This document shows positions 11,290-20,565 of a stretch of DNA of 64,000 bases, piece after piece (within the stretch, counting starts at the first letter, position 1; the number at the start of each line of letters is the position of its first letter). A program made the translations under genes and the position numbers. The stretch is from Gammaproteobacteria bacterium (GTDB lineage: Bacteria > Pseudomonadota > Gammaproteobacteria > CAJXQU01). The stretch is from positions 2,400,001-2,464,000 of the forward strand of contig CBDEGZ010000003.1 in the NCBI GenBank assembly GCA_965238175.1. Reading direction: 5' to 3'. Below the pieces are notes generated by a model, which was given only the letters and a program-made list of their open reading frames with translations, made no database searches and was not told where the DNA came from.

Positions 11290-11604
11290 CTAAATAGGCA
11301 TGTTCATAATTTGTTGATAGGCTTCGACCATCTTATTTCTTACTTGAACAGTCGCTTGAAATTCAATACCCGCTTTTTGTAATGACACCATTACATCAGC
11401 AATTTCCACATCTTTGCCAGACTCATAAGCTTTAACTTTTTCACCTGCAGCTTTTTGTGTTTCATTCACATGATCAACGGCTGATTTCATTACCGTTGTA
11501 AAATTATTCGATGGCGCTTGAACTGCATTTGGCTGAATACCTTCTGCACGTGACTGCATCGCTCGCATTTGCGCGAGTACCGATTGGATTGCCATATCTG
11601 CCAT
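11290..11604 (-). CDS. fliE: Flagellar hook-basal body protein FliE
   Basis: C-terminal QVRNKMVEAYQQIMNMPI. Confidence 0.96.
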   Translation of the reverse strand: MADMAIQSVLAQMRAMQSRAEGIQPNAVQAPSNNFTTVMKSAVDHVNETQKAAGEKVKAYESGKDVEIADVMVSLQKAGIEFQATVQVRNKMVEAYQQIMNMPI

Positions 11605-11615
11605 ATTTTCTCTCC

Positions 11616-12989
11616 CTAAGCCGGTACGGCTATTCCTTGATCACGCATTTTTGCTAATTTATAACGCAATGTTCTTGGGCTAATCCCAAGCTTTTCTGAA
11701 GCGTCTTTTCGACTACCTCCACACTCTTCCAACGCCTCAATAATTAATTGATATTCTTGATCTCTAAGATTGTTACCCAAATCACTAGAATTGGTATTAA
11801 TTTCATTTTGACTATGATTATTTTGAGGTTCATGTTCTCTTGTATCATCTAAAGGATGAACATCGCCCAAGTCTTCAAAGATCAAGTCTTCGGCATTTAT
11901 TTCGTCACCCGTCTGTAAAATCAAAGCACGTTGCATAACGTTATCCAATTCACGTACATTCCCAGGCCAGGCGTGTGTCATTAGCTTTTCTGCCGCATAC
12001 TCCGTCACTTCAGGAATATAACCACCTTGGGATTTTGCGGTTCTGTATAAGAGAAATTCGGCTAAGGGAACGATGTCTTCAGGACGATTTCTGAGCGCTG
12101 GCATTTTGATCGGAAAAACATTAAGTCGATAAAAAAGATCTTCTCTAAAACATCCTTCTTTGACTTCCGTTTTCAGATCTCTATTTGTCGTTGCAACAAT
12201 GCGCACATCTAGATCAATAACTTTATTTCCGCCGAGCCTTTCAACTTGTTTTTCTTGCAAGACTCTTAAAATTTTTGCTTGCAACCCCAAATCCATTTCT
12301 GATATTTCATCCAGTAATAAAGTACTTCCTTGCGCTTGTTCAAATTTACCCGCACTCGCTTTATACGCGCCAGTAAATGCGCCTTTTTCGTAGCCAAATA
12401 AAACCGCTTCAAGCATATTGTCAGGAATCGCCGCACAATTGATCGCAACCGGATCTTTGTTTGATCGTTCCGAACGATTATGGATATAACGAAACAGTAC
12501 TTCTTTACCTGTACCACTTTCACCACTTACCATCACCGTTGCATCACTCATTGCAACTCGCCGCGCGACATCCAATACGTCTTTCATACGTTGATCTTCA
12601 GCAATGACACCATCTTCCATCGCTAAAACCAAGGGCATAATCTGAGCGACTTTGCTAACTAATACCGTCGATTCAAAAGGTTTAACCAGATAATCAACCG
12701 CACCATCCTGAATAGCTTTAATTGCATTTTGGATTGTGCCGTATGCTGTCATTAACAGGACTGGCAAATCAGTTCGACGGGTTTTAATATTTTTCAATAA
12801 AGTGTGGCCATCCATTTGATCCATTTGTACATCGCTGATCACCAGATCAACGTGTTCATCATCAATGATCAATAATGCTTTCTGCCCATTCTCAGCTGAA
12901 AGAGTGTCATAACCACCTAATTGCAAGGTGTCACAGATTGCTTCTCTGAGATTGAGATCATCTTCAACAACAAGTACAACTGGCTTCAT
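11616..12989 (-). CDS. fleR: Sigma54-dependent response regulator FleR/FlrC
   Basis: Receiver domain, AAA+ domain with GESGTGKE and GAFTGA, Fis-type HTH (LGISPRTLRYKL); directly upstream of fliE. Confidence 0.92.
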   Translation of the reverse strand: MKPVVLVVEDDLNLREAICDTLQLGGYDTLSAENGQKALLIIDDEHVDLVISDVQMDQMDGHTLLKNIKTRRTDLPVLLMTAYGTIQNAIKAIQDGAVDYLVKPFESTVLVSKVAQIMPLVLAMEDGVIAEDQRMKDVLDVARRVAMSDATVMVSGESGTGKEVLFRYIHNRSERSNKDPVAINCAAIPDNMLEAVLFGYEKGAFTGAYKASAGKFEQAQGSTLLLDEISEMDLGLQAKILRVLQEKQVERLGGNKVIDLDVRIVATTNRDLKTEVKEGCFREDLFYRLNVFPIKMPALRNRPEDIVPLAEFLLYRTAKSQGGYIPEVTEYAAEKLMTHAWPGNVRELDNVMQRALILQTGDEINAEDLIFEDLGDVHPLDDTREHEPQNNHSQNEINTNSSDLGNNLRDQEYQLIIEALEECGGSRKDASEKLGISPRTLRYKLAKMRDQGIAVPA

Positions 12990-14146
12990 GCTTTCTCCTC
13001 AGTAATCGGCAAGGTAATATCAAATATAGTTCCGTGCGGTGCTACATCTCGAACGACAATTCCGCCACCATGTGATCGAACAACGGCCTGAGCTATAGAG
13101 AGTCCTAAACCCGTTCCGTTAGCTCGCGTAGTCACAAAAGGTTCAAACAATGTTTCCCGGATATTTTCTGGAATACCCGTTCCATTATCTGCAAGCGAAA
13201 TTCGTACCATTTTTTCGTTATTTATCATCACATTTTTTGTAGTAATTATTATTGAACCACCGGATCCAGTTGCTTGTACTGCATTGTCGATCAGATTTTC
13301 TAGAATACTGTTCATCGCTTCTGGATTGATCTGTATTAAACAATCTGAAATATCAGGATCAATAATCAGATTAAGATCATTGGATTGAATATTTACCTCA
13401 ACCTGGAGTGTTAAATTTTCGATCAATTTCAGTAATGAAAATTGTTGTAGTTCAAAATTTTCACCACGCGCAAATAGCAACATATCTTCAATCAGTTTTT
13501 CCAGATAATTAAGACGCTGCAATGATTTTTGGGTGAATTTTTCTCTATCCTTTAGACCAAGATTAGAATGTGAAAGGTTTGATAGATACAGGATTGCAGA
13601 GGCTAAAGGTGTACGGATCTGATGCGCTAGCGCTGCGGCCATCTCACCTTTTGCAGAAAGACGTTTTGCACGATTTAGCTGTTCTTGTAATTGATGGGTT
13701 TCAGTCACATCTTTGATCAATAAAATTTGACCAGGCTCATCAATCATAGGTTGGGTTGAAATATTCACAACCCGGCCATTGACTAAGGAAATATCGTGGC
13801 CATCATCCCAACGCGGAGAAAAAGCGCGTTCGACGACATCACGCCAGAGTTCATTTTCCAAAGGTTGATCAAACAGATCATTCGCCGCAGGATTACATTG
13901 AACAACACGACCCTCCCCATTGAGCATCACAACCGCGCCAGGCAATGCTTGAAAAAGATTGCTCATGCGCCGAATTAAGATTTCGGTTTCAAGTGGACTA
14001 GTTTGGTTGTTGTTAGATCTTTTCTGGGACGATTGATCAGTTGTTGATCGATCTATTGTTGTAACAACGTTTAGGTTGTCTTTGGAGGAATTCTGATCGG
14101 CAGGTGTTTCTATATCGATCACATCTATTTGCTCACTCTGGTACAT
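12986..14146 (-). CDS. fleS: PAS sensor histidine kinase FleS/FlrB (start uncertain)
   Basis: PAS domain, AHQIRTPL H-box, NLIDNA, DNGTG, GTGLGL; lies between fleQ and fleR. Confidence 0.9.
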   Translation of the reverse strand: MYQSEQIDVIDIETPADQNSSKDNLNVVTTIDRSTTDQSSQKRSNNNQTSPLETEILIRRMSNLFQALPGAVVMLNGEGRVVQCNPAANDLFDQPLENELWRDVVERAFSPRWDDGHDISLVNGRVVNISTQPMIDEPGQILLIKDVTETHQLQEQLNRAKRLSAKGEMAAALAHQIRTPLASAILYLSNLSHSNLGLKDREKFTQKSLQRLNYLEKLIEDMLLFARGENFELQQFSLLKLIENLTLQVEVNIQSNDLNLIIDPDISDCLIQINPEAMNSILENLIDNAVQATGSGGSIIITTKNVMINNEKMVRISLADNGTGIPENIRETLFEPFVTTRANGTGLGLSIAQAVVRSHGGGIVVRDVAPHGTIFDITLPITEEKA

Positions 14147-14157
14147 ACACCAGAATG

Positions 14158-14173
14158 AGCAAGTAGTATGCCA
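14158..14173 (-). promoter_or_regulatory. Sigma54 (-24/-12) promoter for fleSR-fliE operon
   Basis: Minus strand TGGCAT-ACTAC-TTGCT, near-perfect TGGCAC-N5-TTGCW. Confidence 0.8.
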
Positions 14174-14235
14174 AAAATAATAGTGTTTAGCTTACAATGG
14201 CTTAATGATTTTTCTGTTTTCTTTAAGCCTAATTA

Positions 14236-14251
14236 TGTCAAGCGGATGACA
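14236..14251. promoter_or_regulatory. Candidate FleQ box (enhancer)
   Basis: Palindrome TGTCA-AGCGGA-TGACA (GTCA-N6-TGAC) at the fleQ 3' end, about 65 bp upstream of the fleS sigma54 promoter. Confidence 0.5.
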
Positions 14252-15662
14252 CTTCGTCCCGGCGTTGCATATTGTATTTCCGCATCTTCTCAACCAACGT
14301 TGTACGCCCCAATTGCAAACGTTTTGCCGCATGCGCAACTACCCAGTTTGACTCATCCAACGCCTGTTTTATCATGCTAAATTCAAGGTTGGTCAAATGC
14401 TCTTTGAGATCAATCCCACCATGTGGCAGCCTTGGCATAATGCCATTGTCTTCCATCGCGTCTTCGTCGACTTCATCCAAATCACTGTCCTCAAGCACTT
14501 CTTGAGATTGGTATTTTTCAGGAAGATCTGTCACACCAACAGTTCCATTTGGATATAAGATTGATAGTCGTTCTATTAGATTTGCCAACTCACGAACATT
14601 TCCAGGCCAGCCATACTTACTTAGGGACTGAATAGTCGTCGGTGACAAGCTGATACTACCATTACCTTCATGCTCAAGACGTTCTGTTAAATCATTGATC
14701 AACAAAGGAAGATCTTCAATTCTATCTCTGAGTGGCGGCGTTTCGATCGGGAATACATTTAAACGATAAAACAGATCTTCTCTGAAATTACCTTCTTCAA
14801 TCGCTTCTTCTAAATTCACATGAGTGGCTGCGATAATACGGACATCCGCCTTGATCGCCTTATTACTACCTACTCTTTCAAAAATACGTTCTTGCAAAAC
14901 ACGCAATAACTTGACTTGCATTGATTGGCTCATATCCCCGATTTCATCGAGAAATAATGTTCCACCTTCTGCAATTTCAAATCGCCCCTGACGAGTCGTT
15001 ATCGCACCTGTAAATGCTCCTTTTTCATGACCGAATAATTCACTCTCTAAAAGATCGGGGGGAATAGCACCACAATTGATAGGAACGAAAGGTTTATTTT
15101 TTCGTGGTGAATGATAATGAACATGTCTGGCAATTACTTCTTTACCCGAACCAGATTCTCCAGTGATCAAAACATTAGCATCTGAAGTTGCCACCATTTC
15201 AATCATTCGACGGACTCGTTGTATCCCTTTACTACTCCCGACTAAGGAACGGAATAATTCTAACGATCTCGGAGCGCCATCTTCATGTCTATTCTCACGA
15301 TATGTATCCACTTTTTCCAGAACTACCGAAAGTTGTTTTTGTCTCAACGGTACGTTTGCTTTAGCAAGGATCCCCGTTTCCAATTCAAAGTTCGCTTTGT
15401 TTTTATCATTATCAATAAGCAATACAACCGGAAGATATGGATCAGCTTTTTTGATCTGTCTGAAAACGTCCATTAATATTTTCGTTTCAGTACAACCACC
15501 TAGCAGTAAAATTTGTGCACTATCTTTCCCACCAAGATGTTGTTCCCAACTTTCATGATCGACTGCATAAACGGGTGAATATTCCAAAAATTCTAAAATT
15601 GATTTGATGTGTTCTCGTTGTTCTTTATCGTCTTCTACGATAAGTACACTACCATTGGCCAT
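14238..15662 (-). CDS. fleQ: Flagellar master regulator FleQ/FlrA
   Basis: Atypical receiver domain, ELFRSLVG, GESGSGKE, GAFTGA, C-terminal RTTLVEKMRKY. Confidence 0.95.
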   Translation of the reverse strand: MANGSVLIVEDDKEQREHIKSILEFLEYSPVYAVDHESWEQHLGGKDSAQILLLGGCTETKILMDVFRQIKKADPYLPVVLLIDNDKNKANFELETGILAKANVPLRQKQLSVVLEKVDTYRENRHEDGAPRSLELFRSLVGSSKGIQRVRRMIEMVATSDANVLITGESGSGKEVIARHVHYHSPRKNKPFVPINCGAIPPDLLESELFGHEKGAFTGAITTRQGRFEIAEGGTLFLDEIGDMSQSMQVKLLRVLQERIFERVGSNKAIKADVRIIAATHVNLEEAIEEGNFREDLFYRLNVFPIETPPLRDRIEDLPLLINDLTERLEHEGNGSISLSPTTIQSLSKYGWPGNVRELANLIERLSILYPNGTVGVTDLPEKYQSQEVLEDSDLDEVDEDAMEDNGIMPRLPHGGIDLKEHLTNLEFSMIKQALDESNWVVAHAAKRLQLGRTTLVEKMRKYNMQRRDEVSSA

Positions 15663-15866
15663 CTTTGATTAATCCTTATATGAGTTAGTTTATTAAAATA
15701 GAGCGTGCAGAGGTGCTTGTTATAACTTCTAACTTATAACTACAAGTTTCAAAAACAATTTTTCCGTATCTAGTGATATAGAGTACGACACTCCCCCTCC
15801 CAGGTAACAGTAAGTAAAGCACTTAAACTGTTACTGGTCAAAATTCTGTCGTAGAGTTAATGATTG

Positions 15867-16430
15867 TTAACTTTGTGTTCTATTGCGTGCGATCTGTTTA
15901 CGATGATAGAGAAAGATCATACGGGTTAAATCATCCATTACGTTATCACCTGTCAGTAAAATTTGTGCCTCAATCTCAGGTGTTAATGTACTGTCTAAAT
16001 TACTGTTCGTGACAACAACTGGAAGCTCAAGTGCTGTCGGATATTTTTGACTCAGATATATTGATACGATACAAAACTCTTCCTTGTTTAAGGAAATATC
16101 TGGTTGCCAACAAAGATGTTGCGCACTCATTTTCAAGCTTTTTATTTCGGGCCGATTCTGTTGATCAAGAAGCACTCTTGCGAGTAATTCAGTAACAAAA
16201 TCAATCTTTTGTTCTAATCTGTGTAATTCAGCTGAGTTACTGTTTTTTAAATCAGGATTTATTTGTTCATGCCCTAACTGTTCTAGGGTAATGATCGCAT
16301 TTAATACCTCTTGAGCAGAGTTATTAAGATCATGAATTTTATCGTACGAGAAAGACGATTCTATACGTTTTTCACTGATCGAGAACCTATCTTCGAAAGC
16401 GAGGACATTTGAGAAATTATTCTCACTCAT
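15867..16430 (-). CDS. Atypical PilZ-domain protein
   Basis: Helical N-terminal part (LHRLEQKIDFVTELL) and beta-barrel-like C-terminal part ending DDLTRMIFLYHRKQIA; resembles PilZ-type proteins of flagellar loci; canonical RxxxR not evident. Confidence 0.6.
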   Translation of the reverse strand: MSENNFSNVLAFEDRFSISEKRIESSFSYDKIHDLNNSAQEVLNAIITLEQLGHEQINPDLKNSNSAELHRLEQKIDFVTELLARVLLDQQNRPEIKSLKMSAQHLCWQPDISLNKEEFCIVSIYLSQKYPTALELPVVVTNSNLDSTLTPEIEAQILLTGDNVMDDLTRMIFLYHRKQIARNRTQS

Positions 16431-16598
16431 AATATTACTAAAACGCTTGTTTTTGTAGAAACAATTTAAAGAACCTTGTTACTTCCAAATCACATTATGG
16501 GTACATATCACCACATTCGCTGACTAAACTCCAGCAAATTTAAAAAATGATAATTTCAATGTCCTATTGTAAATTCTCAAAATTACTTTTAAAAACAC

Positions 16599-17003
16599 TT
16601 AAGCTGTCTCTAAATCAGGCTGAGCATTTGCTGGAACTGTACTCAGTCCTGCAGCAATATTCTGATTTATATTAATTAATACAGATATTTTTTCACGTTC
16701 AGGCTTTACCATAAGATCAAATGTTCTTTTATCAACAAACAAACTTATTGAAAGGATATCTTCACGCAATTTTTTAGGTAATTGGTTTTCATCGGAAGCA
16801 AGATCGACTTGAAAGACACTCCATAATTTCTGATTATATTTTAGCGCCTCATCCAGTTTTTGCTCCCTATCCGTTGCATCCCATCTATCTTGTACTGCCT
16901 GCAACATGGCTGCAGCCCGGTTAAGAATAGAAGCTTCCAACTGGCGTGGTGACATCGTAGCTTTATTTACTTTGTGATACGCATTAACTGCTGATTTCTG
17001 CAT
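16599..17003 (-). CDS. flaF: Flagellar biosynthesis regulator/flagellin chaperone FlaF
   Basis: AY...SPRQLEA, ALKYNQKLWS, NQLPKKLREDILSISLFV and LININQNIAAGL, all FlaF-family signatures. Confidence 0.9.
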   Translation of the reverse strand: MQKSAVNAYHKVNKATMSPRQLEASILNRAAAMLQAVQDRWDATDREQKLDEALKYNQKLWSVFQVDLASDENQLPKKLREDILSISLFVDKRTFDLMVKPEREKISVLININQNIAAGLSTVPANAQPDLETA

Positions 17004-17385
17004 GTCCTATAGTCTCCGTTTCCTTGTTTATTAATTTTCTGGCAAGTTTCAATGCCTTGTAATAATTATCTACTAATATTAAATCACTGATCTCGCTAAT
17101 CAGTGGCTCAAAACTTGGTGCGGCCTCTATAACATCTTTTACCAGCGACCAATAACTCTTATGGTTTTTACTCAAATTCTCGAAGCCTTCCATATACATA
17201 AGTTGTATCGATAAATAAATGCATCTGCACGGCGACGTTGCAGTCTCTTCGGTTAAAATATCTTTTTCACGAAGAATGGTCACCGAATTTAATACCGTAA
17301 ATTCAGCAGAACTGTCACCATTCATCACTACAGCCCCACCAATAAAGAGTTTTTCTCTTGGTTTCAACGCTATTTTTAACGGCAT
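16984..17385 (-). CDS. flbT: Flagellin translation regulator FlbT
   Basis: MPLKIALKPREKLFIGGAVVMNGD, ILREKDI, ATSPCRCIYLSIQLMY and YYKALKLARKLINKE, FlbT-family signatures. Confidence 0.92.
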   Translation of the reverse strand: MPLKIALKPREKLFIGGAVVMNGDSSAEFTVLNSVTILREKDILTEETATSPCRCIYLSIQLMYMEGFENLSKNHKSYWSLVKDVIEAAPSFEPLISEISDLILVDNYYKALKLARKLINKETETIGHAEISS

Positions 17386-18180
17386 TTATACTAATGACTC
17401 CAAAACGTTATTACTCTCTGATCCAACAAAACTTTCAACAGGCACTGAGGATAAAATCTGTCTTATCTTTTCACTTGTCTGTGCCACTTGTTGATCACTT
17501 TCAAGTATCTTTCTTCCGATACTTTTATCCTCTAATACAATTTTATTTGACACTTGATCAACAGTCTCTTTCAGCTCTTGTTGTCGACTGTCCAATAATT
17601 TCTGACCTACTGAAGTCAGATCACGACCGATCTGTATCACTTCCACATCGGGTGTATTGGAATTGATAGAAGCAATCTTCAGGCCAATTTTATCTTGTTG
17701 ACCGGCATCCTTATTTTCAGAGGTTGAATCATTTACTCCTGGGATAAGTTCTTTGTAATCCTTCACTAAAGTCAGCTTATCGACTTGATTTTTAAGTGAT
17801 TTTATTGAATTTATGAATTCCACTCGCTCCGAACTTTGATTTCTGAAAGGCGGATATTGCTTTTCATACTGTTGGATTCCTGCACGTTTTTCATTAATTT
17901 GATTACCGACAGCGGCTAAAAACTTGTCAGCGTCTCGGAAAGTAGTTGCCACTTCATTGAATTTTTCATTACGGATTTGTTGAGTGATAAATCGATCATC
18001 TCCAGATGACAATTTAACATCGTCTTGCAAGATTGTTGATGGTGCTCTCGATACTTGATTTAATTCACTAACTTTTAAAGCTTTATTTTTTCCAACCCCC
18101 TCTAACTGAGGGAGTGACGGAAGATTAACTTTTGCTGCGACGGAAGAAACCGCCACCGATCCTTCACTTAATTGATCCAT
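17386..18180 (-). CDS. Hypothetical protein, possibly a highly diverged flagellin paralog
   Basis: 264 aa with strong RBS (aggaggag); stop abuts the flbT ATG; central helices resemble the flagellin N-terminal domain and contain a KQYPPF motif. Confidence 0.6.
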   Translation of the reverse strand: MDQLSEGSVAVSSVAAKVNLPSLPQLEGVGKNKALKVSELNQVSRAPSTILQDDVKLSSGDDRFITQQIRNEKFNEVATTFRDADKFLAAVGNQINEKRAGIQQYEKQYPPFRNQSSERVEFINSIKSLKNQVDKLTLVKDYKELIPGVNDSTSENKDAGQQDKIGLKIASINSNTPDVEVIQIGRDLTSVGQKLLDSRQQELKETVDQVSNKIVLEDKSIGRKILESDQQVAQTSEKIRQILSSVPVESFVGSESNNVLESLV

Positions 18181-18302
18181 AGTGTTTCTCCTCCTTGAGA
18201 ACGAACAAGGGCCGATACCTGAGTATCAGCCCCCATCCCTCACTATTTAGATTACTAAAACCCGATCTAAAATCGGTAGTTAATCGTCATAAAAGTTACT
18301 AC

Positions 18303-19145
18303 TTAGAACAATCTTAATACCGACTGTGCTGATTGATTAGCCAGACTCAATGAAATAATACTTAACTGCTGACGAGTTTGCAGCGCCAATAGATTGGCAC
18401 CTTCCTCGTTGGTGTCGGCCAATGTCAAATCATCCGCACCTGATCTTAGCGTATTAATTGTGTTTTGAGTAAACTCTTGACGCGCATTAACAATACCCAA
18501 ATTACCGGACAAAGATGTGCTCTGTGACTGTAATGTCAGTTTCGCTGCGTCTAACTGGGCTATAGCAGTATCAATATTTGTTGCAGTTTGGAGATCCGTT
18601 CCAGTTCCAACGCTTGTATCAGCAGCATTTAAACTTAGACCGGTAGACGATGCATCAAAACCCTGAATAACAGTATTACTTGAACCATCTTCGTTAAAAT
18701 TAACCGTCAAACTGTCTGACCCTAACAAATTAGTACCCTGGTATCCAGAATCATCTACAATTTGATTAATCTGTGCAACGATCTCATTAAACTGACTGGC
18801 AAGTTGAGCATCATCAGCCGTTTGGGCAGCAGTTGTGCCCGCAGTACCTGCCGCTGTTGCAAGTACACCTTGAGCTTGATCAATCAAAGAACGGATCGCC
18901 GTAATACCATTATCGGCAGCTTCCACAACTCTGATAGCTTGTGTCAAACCATCGCTCCTTGCTGCAAGTGCGTCTGCACGGTTAGTATTTGCACTTGCGG
19001 CAAAAAATGACTGTGCATTATCCAAAGCACTGTTTACCCGTTTACCCGTAGCTAAACGTTCTTGTGTCCGTGCTGTTAATTTATCTGTTTGTTGAAGTGT
19101 TAATAAATTTGAGCGTAAGCCCGCGCTGAGAGATATCTCACTCAT
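18303..19145 (-). CDS. Flagellin (alphaproteobacterial-type), copy 2
   Basis: MSEISLSAGLRSNLLTLQQT...RLATGKRVNSALDN and C-terminal ADTNEEGANLLALQTRQQL...SAQSVLRLF. ATG at 19145 with RBS preferred over the track start. Confidence 0.95.
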   Translation of the reverse strand: MSEISLSAGLRSNLLTLQQTDKLTARTQERLATGKRVNSALDNAQSFFAASANTNRADALAARSDGLTQAIRVVEAADNGITAIRSLIDQAQGVLATAAGTAGTTAAQTADDAQLASQFNEIVAQINQIVDDSGYQGTNLLGSDSLTVNFNEDGSSNTVIQGFDASSTGLSLNAADTSVGTGTDLQTATNIDTAIAQLDAAKLTLQSQSTSLSGNLGIVNARQEFTQNTINTLRSGADDLTLADTNEEGANLLALQTRQQLSIISLSLANQSAQSVLRLF

Positions 19146-19216
19146 AGTCCTTTCTCCTTTTCTAGGTTTCAAACATCAGAAAATTCTTAGCTGATGATTT
19201 GTACTACTCCTTTAAC

Positions 19217-19235
19217 ACACCTCATCCTGAGGTGT
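19217..19235 (-). promoter_or_regulatory. Candidate CsrA/RsmA-type site in flagellin 5' UTR
   Basis: mRNA-sense hairpin ACACCUC-AGGAU-GAGGUGU with GGA in the loop; further GGA motifs near the RBS. Confidence 0.45.
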
Positions 19236-19267
19236 CCCATGCTTAAAAATTAAACATGTCAGATACT

Positions 19268-19294
19268 GTATCGTAGTCAGGAAAAATAACTTTA
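19268..19294 (-). promoter_or_regulatory. Sigma28 (FliA) promoter of flagellin copy 2
   Basis: TAAA-GTTATTTTTCCTGAC(15 nt)-TACGATAC vs consensus TAAA-N15-GCCGATAA. Confidence 0.65.
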
Positions 19295-19404
19295 GGATTC
19301 TATGTAAGGTAAAGCCAGCTATTAGTGAGAACCAGGTCATGTATTAATACCAACTTGTCGTTGGTAGCACTTAACCTTCATTTCCAAATATCACGGGTAT
19401 AAAC

Positions 19405-19437
19405 AAAAAATGGGACGGTTAATCGTCCCATTTTTTT
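19405..19437 (-). terminator. Rho-independent terminator after flagellin copy 1
   Basis: aaaaaa-tgggacg-gttaat-cgtccca-ttttttt stem-loop with A/T tracts on both sides. Confidence 0.85.
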
Positions 19438-19463
19438 CCATTTTGGATCTGGTCTATTTAATA

Positions 19464-20306
19464 TTAGAACAAGCTCAATACAGACTGTGCTGATTGATTA
19501 GCCAGACTCAATGAGATAATACTTAACTGCTGACGAGTTTGCAGCGCCAATAGATTAGTACCCTCTTCGTTGGTATCGGCCAATGTCAAATCATCCGCAC
19601 CTGATCTTAGCGTATTAATTGTGCTTTGAGTAAACTCTTGACGCGCATTGACAATACCCAAATTACCGGACAAAGATGTGCTCTGTGCCTGTAATGTCAA
19701 TCTCGCCGCGTCTAACTGGGCTGTAGCAGTATCAATATTTGCTGCAACTTGGAGATCCGTTCCTGTTCCAACGCTTGTATCAGCAGCATTTAGACTTAGA
19801 CCGGTTGATGAAGCATCAAAACCTAGAATAACGGTATTACTTGAACCATTTTCATTAAAGTTAACCGTCAAATTGTCTGACTCTAACAAATTGGTACCCC
19901 GATATCCGGAATCTAGTACAATGTTATTAATCTGTGCAACGATCTCATTAAACTGAATCGCAAGTTGAGCATCGTCCGCCGTTTGTGTAGCAGTCGTGCC
20001 CGTAGTACCTGCCGCTGTTGCAAGTACACCTTGAGCCTGATCAAGTAAAGAACGGATCGCAGTAATACCGTTATTGGCCTCTTCCACAACTCTGATAGCT
20101 TGCGTCAAACCATCACTCCTTGCTGCAAGTGCGTCTGCACGGTTAGTATTTGCACTTGCGGCAAAAAATGACTGTGCATTATCCAAAGCACTGTTTACCC
20201 GTTTACCCGTAGCTAAACGCTCTTGTGTCCGTGCTGTTAGTCTATCTGTTTGTTGAAGTGTTAATAAGTTTGAGCGTAAGCCCGCGCTGAGAGATATGTC
20301 ACTCAT
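19464..20306 (-). CDS. Flagellin (alphaproteobacterial-type), copy 1
   Basis: 280 aa, about 23 substitutions vs copy 2 by manual count (~92% identical), same terminal motifs. Confidence 0.95.
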   Translation of the reverse strand: MSDISLSAGLRSNLLTLQQTDRLTARTQERLATGKRVNSALDNAQSFFAASANTNRADALAARSDGLTQAIRVVEEANNGITAIRSLLDQAQGVLATAAGTTGTTATQTADDAQLAIQFNEIVAQINNIVLDSGYRGTNLLESDNLTVNFNENGSSNTVILGFDASSTGLSLNAADTSVGTGTDLQVAANIDTATAQLDAARLTLQAQSTSLSGNLGIVNARQEFTQSTINTLRSGADDLTLADTNEEGTNLLALQTRQQLSIISLSLANQSAQSVLSLF

Positions 20307-20407
20307 AATCCTTTCTCCTGTTCTAGGTTGAATCTACCGGACAATTCTTTTCCGATATTATTTAAAAATAAACATCCCGCATCCTTTCTTGGACTGCGTT
20401 GACCACT

Positions 20408-20434
20408 GTATCGGTTATCTCCTAATAACCTTTA
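20408..20434 (-). promoter_or_regulatory. Sigma28 (FliA) promoter of flagellin copy 1
   Basis: TAAA-GGTTATTAGGAGATA(15 nt)-ACCGATAC. Confidence 0.72.
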
Positions 20435-20492
20435 CATTTATTTTTAATACACATAACAAAACATCCTGATTAAGATTTATAACCTCAAAACA

Positions 20493-20508
20493 TGGCACAC
20501 ATCATGCG
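20493..20508 (+). promoter_or_regulatory. Sigma54 promoter of the glycosylation island
   Basis: TGGCAC-ACATC-ATGCG (GG-N10-GC) ending about 57 bp upstream of ATG 20566. Confidence 0.6.
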
Positions 20509-20565
20509 TAATTTAACCGCTATATGTCATGATATTAAAAGAGTGAACAGTACCAACAGAACACG

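Noticed and set aside
18303-20306. Two flagellins as an assembly duplication
   Set aside because: They differ at many synonymous and about 23 amino-acid positions and have different leaders and downstream regions
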